From positions 1,460,302 to 1,524,301 of the forward strand of contig NC_068993.1 of assembly GCF_001194135.2 (NCBI RefSeq): a stretch of DNA of 64,000 nucleotides. The letters are read 5' to 3'. The stretch comes from Octopus bimaculoides (taxonomy: Eukaryota). The notes below the pieces were generated by a model that did not search any database, was not told the DNA's origin, and was given only the letters and a program-made list of their open reading frames with translations. The translations under genes were made by a program, and so were the position numbers. Positions 13,501 to 24,325 of this stretch are shown here, in pieces (the first letter of the stretch is position 1; the number at the start of each line of letters is the position of its first letter).

Positions 13501-15422
13501 CGATAATAATAATAATCCTTTCTACTGAAGGCACAAGGCCTGAAATTTTGGGGAAGGGATTAAGTCGATTACATCAACCCCAATGTATAACTGGTACTTA
13601 TTTAATCAACCCCAAAAGGATGAAAGGCAAAGTCAACCTTGGCAGAATTGAATAATAATAATAATAATAATAATAACAACAGTCCATTGTACCATCGGCA
13701 GAAGGTTTGAAATTTTGGAAGCAGGGCTAAGTCAATTATGTTGATCTGAGTGCTCCACTTATTTTTATTGGCCTCAAAAGGGTGAAAAAGGTAAAGTCAA
13801 CCTTGGTAGATATTGAACCCAGAATGTAAAAACAGTTGGAATACTGCTACATGTTTTTGTCTAGCAAATAATTCTGCCAGTTTGCTGCCTCAAAAGCTGA
13901 CCTCAGTCAGATTTGAACTCAGGACATTCAAGTGCCAGAAGAAATAGAATTGCAAGAATGATTAATGTTTATAGATCTTTTTTTTNNNNNNNNNNNNNNN
14001 NNNNNNNNNNNNNNNNNNNNNNNNNNNNNNNNNNNNNNNNNNNNNNNNNNNNNNNNNNNNNNNNNNNNNNNNNNNNNNNNNNNNNNNNNNNNNNNNNNNN
14101 NNNNNNNNNNNNNNNNNNNNNNNNNNNNNNNNNNNNNNNNNNNNNNNNNNNNNNNNNNNNNNNNNNNNNNNNNNNNNNNNNNNNNNNNNNNNNNNNNNNN
14201 NNNNNNNNNNNNNNNNNNNNNNNNNNNNNNNNNNNNNNNNNNNNNNNNNNNNNNNNNNNNNNNNNNNNNNNNNNNNNNNNNNNNNNNNNNNNNNNNNNNN
14301 NNNNNNNNNNNNNNNNNNNNNNNNNNNNNNNNNNNNNNNNNNNNNNNNNNNNNNNNNNNNNNNNNNNNNNNNNNNNNNNNNNNNNNNNNNNNNNNNNNNN
14401 NNNNNNNNNNNNNNNNNNNNNNNNNNNNNNNNNNNNNNNNNNNNNNNNNNNNNNNNNNNNNNNNNNNNNNNNNNNNNNNNNNNNNNNNNNNNNNNNNNNN
14501 NNNNNNNNNNNNNNNNNNNNNNNNNNNNNNNNNNNNNNNNNNNNNNNNNNNNNNNNNNNNNNNNNNNNNNNNNNNNNNNNNNNNNNNNNNNNNNNNNNNN
14601 NNNNNNNNNNNNNNNNNNNNNNNNNNNNNNNNNNNNNNNNNNNNNNNNNNNNNNNNNNNNNNNNNNNNNNNNNNNNNNNNNNNNNNNNNNNNNNNNNNNN
14701 NNNNNNNNNNNNNNNNNNNNNNNNNNNNNNNNNNNNNNNNNNNNNNNNNNNNNNNNNNNNNNNNNNNNNNNNNNNNNNNNNNNNNNNNNNNNNNNNNNNN
14801 NNNNNNNNNNNNNNNNNNNNNNNNNNNNNNNNNNNNNNNNNNNNNNNNNNNNNNNNNNNNNNNNNNNCCCCACTTCCCAGAACCCACCCAGGCTTTTCTC
14901 CTCTGAACAGCAGATCTATATAATTCTCTGCTTGCCCACATATTTTCCTGAAGATGTTCAAAGTAAACCGTTAGTCACATCAATCTCATCAGTCTTAGTG
15001 GACCTTCAATAACCACAAGCACAGCCTCTCCCCACACCACTCCCCACACACCACATAATACATAACCATTATAAAAGTCCTTGAGCAAATTTAAATTCAT
15101 ATAATGTTAATTCTACAAATGGTAGAATTAATCTGTGTAAAGAAAAAAATGAAAGAATTTACTTCATATCTAAACAGATTTATTCTTGTGATTGTTAATA
15201 GTCAACATGTCCACCATCGTTACTTGTACAAACCATGATGCAATTCACAAGTTCTAAAAACATGGGAGAATAAGTTACTCACTACACAAGGTAGAGTATA
15301 GCTGAATTACAAAAATCTTCTGAGTGTGTGTGTGTGCATTCATTTTATTTCCACCTGGCAAGGATTGGATGGTTTACCATAATTTAATGAGTTGAAAAAT
15401 GGTATCATGCCCCCATGTCTGT

Positions 15423-15469
<47 letters not shown>

Positions 15470-16400
15470 ACCCTTTAGCATTTCAACTGACCATATCCGA
15501 CCCAAATATTCTACTTGTTCTATATTCAAACAAGTCAGATCTGGTCTCTCACACCAACCCTGCAACATCATTATAAAAATAAGCAATCTTGTGATGAAAA
15601 GTTTGAAACAACAAGATAATGTATTATAAACTTAAAACAATGAGAACAAATAATTATTACATTTACTCGAGTAATTTGAATGCTGCAGGGTTAAAGTCCT
15701 TCTTTGACCACAATTATGACCAACACAATGTATTCAACATTACACCTCAATCACAACAAAACTTACCCACCAACCAACCAACCAGGCAACCAACCAACTA
15801 ATTCTACTACCATTATATATTATCACATTCCTCACTGACCCTAAATGACCTTCAAACAAAAAAAGACTTAAGCCAAAAGAATTACAATTCTACTGCTCTC
15901 TATATTCCATCTTCCAAAATAAGTTGTTCTCTCTCTCTTCCTCTACACACCTCTCTCTCTCTCTCTCGCTTTCCCTCCTTTTAATAGCCAAATTAGCCAT
16001 TGTAGAGACCGATCATATCTTGTTCCAACTCTTTTCAGAACTATTGTCCAAACTAACAGGCATTCCCCTACACGCAAACAAATTCTACCGACATTAAAAG
16101 ATAAAAATCAGTGAAAGCAAAAATGAACAAAAACTGCACCGAGGAACCCAGGTGCTGCCAAACCAAACCTACAACATGTAAATACAACAAAGACTTCTCA
16201 AACCTTCACTACAGATTCCCAAACTCAGATGAAATGACTGGGAACTGTGGGAGATTGAAATCACCAATTCCCACAATAAATTACTACTCTCTTTGAAACA
16301 GTAGTACATACTACCACACACGATTATATATATATATACATACACATACACACATGCATACATACACAGACATAAATAGATATGATATATATATGTATAC

Positions 16401-16435
<35 letters not shown>

Positions 16436-16449
16436 GATAGACATAGATA

Positions 16450-16487
<38 letters not shown>

Positions 16488-16714
16488 NNNNNNNNNNNNN
16501 NNNNNNNNNNNNNNNNNNNNNNNNNNNNNNNNNNNNNNNNNNNNNNNNNNNNNNNNNNNNNNNNNNNNNNNNNNNNNNNNNNNNNNNNNNNNNNNNNNNN
16601 NNNNNNNNNNNNNNNNNNNNNNNNNNNNNNNNNNNNNNNNNNNNNNNNNNNNNNNNNNNNNNNNNNNNNNNNNNNNNNNNNNNNNNNNNNNNNNNNNNNN
16701 NNNNNNNNNNNNNN

Positions 16715-16761
<47 letters not shown>

Positions 16762-18946
16762 GCATATGCATATTTTGTATGCATGTGTATGTGTGTAAGA
16801 TTAACTTAGATATGTTTCAGCAAAAATTGTCAGTGCATTATTTAATGTACCATCCCCAGTTTTAAGATCGTGAGATTTGAGATTTAGCTGCTGTTTCTGG
16901 TCAGTCAAGCAAGAATGAAGAGACTCCCTCATCGATTGCTCATAATGGTGTCACAGCAGAACTGAGTGTGAGATAATTGTTGTTGTTGTTCTAAATGACG
17001 AGTGGAGTGGAGTGTGGAGTGGTGTGCTGGATGGCTCGATCTGTGGAGTGTGGAGTTGCAGAGCCGGAGAGGGGACAGTGTCAATCAGTTGAAACAAACA
17101 TGATACTTTGGTGAGCAGTTATTGGTGTTTAGTGCCAGGTCACTCCTGTTCAAGATAATCTATGACCAAAGATGTTCTAGCAATAACCATTTCATAATGC
17201 CTATTTCTGGCCCAGTGTATCTAGGGCTACATTATTCAATGTGTCCTCCTTTTTAAGAAGGCAAAGAATGATTTCAAGGAGATTTGGGTGTTATTTCTAG
17301 CAAGTAAAGCAACCATGTAAGCTTATTCATGAATTAATAAAAGAATTTCATAAAAACATATCTTCTTTATAGTCTTTGAACAATATATAAATTTATATAT
17401 AAATCTTGTTTAGAAATTGTAAAACCAATTAATGCTAACTCATTTCAAACATCTAAAATTACCATTAAATTAATTTAAAAAGATGCCACGACTAATCAGA
17501 ATTAATCTAAATTATTTATGACAAAAGGACATTAATGAAACAGAAAGCTGTGTGTCGAAAACCTACCCAAACTCAACAGAATGAATAACTGACACGATTT
17601 TTCTAAATTATTATTATTGTAGCATTGAAATAACATAACATTTTTTTAAATAGTTTACTGCTTAAGAATACTTACAGAATACAAAAGGGGTTTTCAAATT
17701 ATAAATTCTAAAATTCCAGAATAATTACAGTTTTCATATGTATATAGAAGCAATTAACAGCATCAATTAACAATTGTTGTTAATTCAGCAACAGTTGAAA
17801 GTGAGAATTACAACTCAGTCACATGATTCACCTCACAGTAGGGAAACAATAAACAACATGCATGAACAGTCGACACAAATCAATAGAGACATTATATAGA
17901 GCAGAGAACAGATGAATACATAAAGAAGAGTGTTGGGACGGATTAGAAAGTTGGATAAAATAAATAACATGTTGGCCAATATGCTGGTCATAATTCTGGC
18001 AGATCTTGGCAGCTTTTGGCATGGACTTCACTCTACAGCATCCAGATAAAGTCAATGAAACTGGTACCAGTAATATACTGGACAAACATCTCACTTGTAA
18101 ACAGATACAGACACTGGATATTAGTGAGCAGTGTATATGTACCATTAGTATTTGATACTATACACCATGTATGCATGCATGTGTATATACACACACACAC
18201 ATACTTATACACACAAACACATATATAGAGGTTGAGATAGATAGACACACACACACACACACACATTCATACATACATAATGAACTCCACTGCTACTGTA
18301 TGAATACTGACCTTTTTCCCAGACAAACTGAATCAATATTCCCACAAAATTATTTATACACAAACTGAGTAGGACAAGTGACCCACAAGTCTTTTACTCT
18401 TTTACTGGTTTCAATCAATAGACTACGGCCATGCTGGGGCACCATCTTAAAGTTTATTTAGTTGAATGAATCAACCCAAGTACTTGTTTTTTTAAATTTT
18501 TTTTAAGCCTGGTTCTTTTTCTATCAGACTCTTTTACTGAACTACTAAGTCACAGGGATGTAAACACACAGCTCCAGTCGTCAAGTGGTGGTGGGAGATT
18601 AACACAGACACACACACATGTATGTGTGTGAGTGTACGATGGGCTTCTTTTAGTTTCCATCTACCAAATCAGTTTCTTGACTTTATTTTATTGACTCAGA
18701 AAGGATGAAAAGCATATCTGACCTTGAAGGAGTTTGAATCCAGAATGTTAAGGACCAGAACAAGCACCACAAGGCATTTTGTCTGACACTCTAATGATTC
18801 AACCAATTTTTACACATATATATAAATGTATGCATGAAAATATATCGTTTAACATCCGCTTTCCATGCTAGCATGGGTTATATATATATATATATACATA
18901 CATATATATATATGTGCCTGTACACACACACACAGTCTCTCACTCA

Positions 18947-19006
<60 letters not shown>

Positions 19007-19583
19007 CATTAGAAATATTGGAACATTTAACAAATAATAGAAATTACAAATCTGTAGGAGTTAAAATATATTTCCAGTAAGAAATCAGTTAAAAACTATA
19101 AAAATATATAAATTATTTTAATGTTATGTAATTTAGAAATCAATAAAAATAATATGTTAATATTTGATAAGGAATTTTTTTGACTTGTTTTTTTATTACA
19201 TGATTTAAAATCAAATTATTATTAATATTACATATTGTAGTCGATAATTATATATTACAGATGATAATTAAATAAATATAATAATCAATTACATAAATAT
19301 GTTAATTACATATTACAATTGATTCGTTAAGCATGGTTCTATATTTATTTATTAGAAACAGTAAAAAAAACAAAAAACAAAAATTCTCAAATGATTTGAA
19401 CCTCTGCTCAGTGTGTAACAATATAAAAACTATACATACATGTGACACATTCTGAATAACGTAGTAGGGCCGAGAAGCTGCTGGCCCTGCCCATAATCTC
19501 TGTGTTTCAGTCTGCTCCTGGGCAGGGCCGGTGGACCAGGCCCCTTGAATACGGCAGCGGCGCTGGTTTCCATCATAACTCAT
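12754..19583 (-). CDS. Putative small uncharacterised gene; candidate exons 19583-19440, 15301-15283, 13280-13213, 12813-12754
   Basis: A GC-rich 150-bp island in very AT-rich DNA has acceptor tctctctttcag (19589) and donor gtatgt (19439). Downstream exons have canonical sites (tttttgtaattcag/gtgagt; gttttatcag/gtgagt). The splice chain stays open in two frames. No family recognised. Confidence 0.35.
13416..13515. repeat. (ATA)n microsatellite, tail of an adjacent minus-strand SINE
   Basis: Direct reading; abuts the SINE at 13505-13652. Confidence 0.9.
13505..13652 (-). mobile_element. SINE, family A (GTTCAAAT..GCCGAGGTCGACTTTGCCTTTCATCC...AGTAGAAAGGATTATT)
   Basis: Reverse complement of the family seen at 19786-20016 and 29601-29818. 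A more decayed second copy follows at about 13690-13920. Confidence 0.75.
15471..15694. mobile_element. Non-autonomous MITE with CCCTTTAGCATT...AATGCT..AGGG|TTAA ends (piggyBac-like termini)
   Basis: Short terminal inverted repeats and a right TTAA. The start of the same element recurs at about 20850-20900. Confidence 0.6.
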
Positions 19584-19785
19584 TCAAACTGAAAGAGAGA
19601 AAGAAATTTATATATATTATATATCTATACGTATAAGAGCATGTACAGAGTAAGGTAAAACAATAAGGTTATTGTAATTAATGAGATAACTGTGATTGTT
19701 GTGCTCCAGTATGGCCACACTTACTAGCTAGAACCAGTAAAAGTGTAACTGAATTAAAAACTTGAACAACATTTTATTATTATTA

Positions 19786-20016
19786 GAAAGGCGGTGAGCT
19801 GGCAGAAACATTAGCAAAGTGCTTAGAAGTATTTCTTCTGTTGCTATGTCCTGAGTTTAAATTCTACTGAGGTTGACTTTGCGTTTCATCCTTTTGGAGT
19901 TGATAAATTAAGCACCAGTGAAACACTGGGGTTGATGTAATCAACTAGTCCCCTCCCCACAAATTTCAGGCCTTGTGCCTTTAGTAGAAAGGATTATTAT
20001 TATTATTATTATTATT
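19786..20016 (+). mobile_element. SINE, family A, near full length, with (TTA)n on both sides
   Basis: GAAAGGCGGTGAGCTGGCAGAA head, GAGTTTAAATTC B-box-like motif, (ATT)n tail. Further copies at 21295-21429, 29601-29818, 42830-43080, 18680-18805 (minus) and 58150-58270 (minus). Confidence 0.8.
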
Positions 20017-21595
20017 AGACCTGTCTGAAAGGTTTGGAGACAGGCACTTTCCTATTTGACGAAGCCCTTATCAAATTCTTCAAATATCATTTGAAGAGGA
20101 AAATAGGATAGAGATGGTAGCGCTGCTTCCAAGTATCAAAAGGTGGATAAGTGTGTGTTCCAGTTGTTCCAGGCAAGATATATATGTTATCCCTATGGGA
20201 CTTAGAAGGTTGACAACAGGAAGAGCATCCAGCCATAAAATACCATCTAATAAAAGTAACCATCTAAATAAAAGTAATAATTAAAGATTGTCATGGCAAC
20301 AAGAAAGTTGTTTATCTCAGCTTCAGCAGGGAAAATGATCTTTAAATATTTGTAGTTGTCAAGGACAGACAACGAAAGCAAAGTAACAATTCCATTAACC
20401 ACTTTGGTTAATGAAGATAATTATCAATAAATAATTTCCTGACAACCGAAATAAATGCTGACATATTTATAAAATCTGCAAAAAGAACAAATGGAAAAAC
20501 AATGTCTGAATGATGAGAAAACATGAAGAAAATATAGAAATATCATCAAAAGAAGAGGAAATAATTATTTGCAGGAATTACTTTTCTGGAAAAGTACTTT
20601 CCATAACAATATTTGGTCTAATGTTATTTGATTGTTTAAGAAATTAAAGGTCTCATTAGTGGTGCTGTCTAATTTCTGCTCTCAAAACATTTTTATCAAT
20701 CACTTATCTTTATTCTAAATCACCATTAGACACTAACAGTTATGAGGGAATATCTGTTATTGTTGTCCTTGACAACAACAAATGTTTAAAGAACACTTTT
20801 TTGGCTTCTGAAGCAGAGGTCAACAACCTTGTGGTGTCCACGACTGTGTTTAAACCTTTAACATTCGAACCAACCATATCCGGCCAAAATATTCTACATA
20901 TTGAGTCATCCCATAAAAAATGCTGTTTTTTCAATTACATGAACTAAAAGTTGGAGGAGGACTCTACAATGTCACAAACAGCATCTGAAGAAATCCCAAA
21001 ACTTCTTTCCACCTGACAGATGTGGGGTAGGGGTGGAGGTGGGGGTAGGGTACAATCTCACCTTGAGGAACATAGTTCCAGGTATCAGATCATTTCAAAG
21101 ATTCTGCTGTTTCATCATCAGAGAAGGTCAATGTCTTGCATAGAATTCTGACCAAAAATACTTTGGATTCTTTTACATGAACACAAGGAGGAGGAGGAGG
21201 AGGAGAAGGAGAGATGGTGGCGGCAGGAATGGAGTGTAGCTGGCAGAATTGTTAGAATGTAGAAAGAAAGGCCTTGCAATATTCCTTCCAGCCAAGGCAG
21301 CGAGCTGGCAGAATCACTAGCATGCCGGGCGAAATGCTTTGTGGTATTTCGTCTGTCTTTACATTCTGAGTTCAAATTCTGCCGAGGTCGACTTTGCCTT
21401 GCATCCTTTTGGGGTTGATAAATTAAGTAAATTTTCCTTTTCCTCTTTTTGATTTGACCTGGAGAAAGAGCTGTGCCTATGGTCTTCAAAATCTCTCCAA
21501 GACTGATGGAATCGATTCCAATAACTGATGTCACTATTAGCAGCTGATGGAAGAGAACTAGTCCAAGAGGTGGATTAGAGGGAATACCAGAAGTC

Positions 21596-21795
21596 TTAAC
21601 CCTTTCATTACCATATTTCTAAGGATATACATGGCCTTTGTTTAAATTAATTTTGAAAATAATAAAGAATTTCCTAAAATAACTTTGTCATTATTGAGCT
21701 AGCATTTGAAACATAAATTCCCATGAAATTTTAATAGAAGGTTTGCATCACAGAATCAGGGATTATCTCAGACAAGTGGGATCAAAAAGGATTAA
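21596..21795. mobile_element. TTAA-flanked MITE (TTAA|CCCTTTCATTACC...GGGATCAAAAAGGA|TTAA), piggyBac-like
   Basis: TTAA at both ends (21596-21599 and 21792-21795), imperfect TIRs, about 200 bp, no ORF. Confidence 0.65.
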
Positions 21796-23258
21796 GAAAC
21801 AATTTACATTTATTTGGTTTAGGGTTCCTTGGACAAGTCTCTTCTACAATAGCTTTGTCAGTGAAATTTATTAGGAGGAAACAAAGTCAATATAAGAAAT
21901 ATTGTTAGAAAAAGACCTGGAGAAATTCTTTGTGTTTTAGTCAAATGTGAAAAAGAGTGAGAAACATAAAATACAACATTAAGATAGTAATTCTTAGAAA
22001 TTCTTACCGATTGGCCTTAACCAAATTTCTAGAAAATTGGAAAAAAAAAAAAAAAAGAACTCCTGAAACTGCAACATTGAAGCAGTGAGAAAATGGCCAG
22101 CATTCTAAGACAACAGTGGATGTATTAAAAAAAGATAATGTTCCACCCTCATCGTAACAGTATTGTAGAAGATATAAATAATAGAGGAAATATAGAGATC
22201 ACATGTGTGAAGCATGCCAAGAATTTTTCCTCTTCTATTTAGCAGTCACAACACATGGAGCTATTAATATAGGTTATTATTGACAAAATTGATTTTTGGG
22301 AAACATTTCTGTGAAATATTTTTTCACTGAAATTACAATGGACGTTGATAAAGTAATGTTTTCTTCCCCCTTTTTTTTTTTGCTTGTTTGTTTTTTTAAA
22401 ACAACAGCAGCGTTTTTATGATTTTTATGTTACGTAACAGCTTTGCTCAAACAAGCAAACGGTTAAAACTTTATAGAGATTGATCACATAATTAGATTAG
22501 TGAAAATTAAACAAAAAAAAAAACATCTACTCTATTGATAATCAGATTTCAAACTAACTGATTAGTTGCATAAAGCATTTCTGGATAATTCTGAATTCAC
22601 TAAATTTTACATTTATTCACATATTTTCATTAGGAACTTGAAGTCTGGGCTAAGCAAGGGTTTGACGTATATTTAATATCGACCATATGTAATGAGTCAG
22701 TTCAGAAGAGNNNNNNNNNNNNNNNNNNNNNNNNNNNNNNNNNNNNNNNNNNNNNNNNNNNNNNNNNNNNNNNNNNNNNNNNNNNNNNNNNNNNNNNNNN
22801 NNNNNNNNNNNNNNNNNNNNNNNNNNNNNNNNNNNNNNNNNNNNNNNNNNNNNNNNNNNNNNNNNNNNNNNNNNNNNNNNNNNNNNNNNNNNNNNNNNNN
22901 NNNNNNNNNNNNNNNNNNNNNNNNNNNNNNNNNNNNNNNNNNNNNNNNNNNNNNNNNNNNNNNNNNNNNNNNNNNNNNNNNNNNNNNNNNNNNNNNNNNN
23001 NNNNNNNNNNNNNNNNNNNNNNNNNNNNNNNNNNNNNNNNNNNNNNNNNNNNNNNNNNNNNNATATATATATATATATATATATACATATATATATACAC
23101 ACATATATATGCATAAAGATCAGAAACATGATGACGACAGTCAAAATGACAATCAATATTATGAATCCACTAAAATGTTTGAGGTGCCAGGGAAACAGTT
23201 ACATCAGTGAAAGTATTTTTAATGCTCAAACTATTCTTCTGGAATCAATAAGTTAAAC

Positions 23259-23490
23259 CAGTGGTTCCCAACCCTTTTTTACCTATGGATCCCTTTGATC
23301 CCTATATTACTCTACTGGACCCTCATAACCCTTTGATGTCTTAAAAAAATTTCATTATATTTTTATAATTAAATGCTATTAAGAATTATATTTAAAAAGT
23401 TAAATATTTTGTGCAATGTAAAAGTATAACCAACATTTTGAACAAAAAGTTTAACAACAAACTCTCATAAGGACCTCATCTGAGAACCAA
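23259..23490 (+). mobile_element. hAT-type MITE (CAGTGGTTCCCAACC terminus)
   Basis: The 5' ~80 bp align by eye with the reverse complement of 46200-46279. The 3' end is approximate. Confidence 0.55.
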
Positions 23491-24219
23491 ATATTGGGGT
23501 CAATTTAATCTCAAGTATATCCATACCCCAAAATATGAAGCATTGTGCCAATATCAGAACCCATTATGTTTTGTGGCAGACCCATCCAACCCACTCTGGC
23601 AAGAAAATATAGATATTAGATTATCAATGGTGATTAAAGAGGATTTCCAGACTTATATCAGGATCAGTAAAAGTGATAGAATTGTTTGAGCATCACACAA
23701 ATGCCTGATGGTATTTATTCAAATTTATTGTGTTCTGAATTTAAATCCTGCCAAGGTGAACTGCCCTTCATCCTTGGGTTGATAAAATAAAGTACCTGTC
23801 ACATACTAATGTCAATTCTCTCTCTCTCTCTTTCTCTCACTCTACGTGAGAAGAGATGTGGGAACAAGCCCCTCCCCTCCAACAGACTTTGACTCAGTTT
23901 CCATCTAACAAACTTTGTATGGTCAAAGGTGCTGCCTCAGTTCGCAGCCCTAATGCCATACATTAGTATTGAACCTGAAATCACCCAGATATAAAGCAAA
24001 CTTCTTGGACAAACAACCACGACTGGCAACAAGGCAAATGAATTACTAGCAAAATTTTGAGATCAAAATGTCACCAGGAACAGGAAGAGGTGGTGGTGGT
24101 CACTGTGGATTGAACCAGTCACATTTATTTAGCCATAAAATGATACTGAGTGATAAGATCTTAATACTATCACTCATATATTTACAACATATGCCAGCAT
24201 GGAAGATGAACGTTAAAAG

Positions 24220-24325
24220 ATGATGATGATGGTGGTGGTGGTGATGGTGGTGGTGGTGGTGATGGTGGTGGTGGTGGTGGTGATGATGGTGATGGTGGTG
24301 GTGGTGATGATGGTGGTGGTGGTTA
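24220..24325. repeat. (GAT)n/(GGT)n microsatellite
   Basis: Direct reading; follows a SINE 3' end. Confidence 0.9.

Noticed and set aside
13913-14961. Long ORFs of 300+ aa in several frames (also at 518-1136, 16169-16784, 22650-23210, 25979-26472, 48724-49700, 57431-57929)
   Set aside because: Artefacts of N gaps translated as X; no coding evidence.
19786-19880. tRNA-like A/B-box sequences in SINE heads
   Set aside because: No cloverleaf could be folded; these are tRNA-derived SINEs, not tRNA genes.
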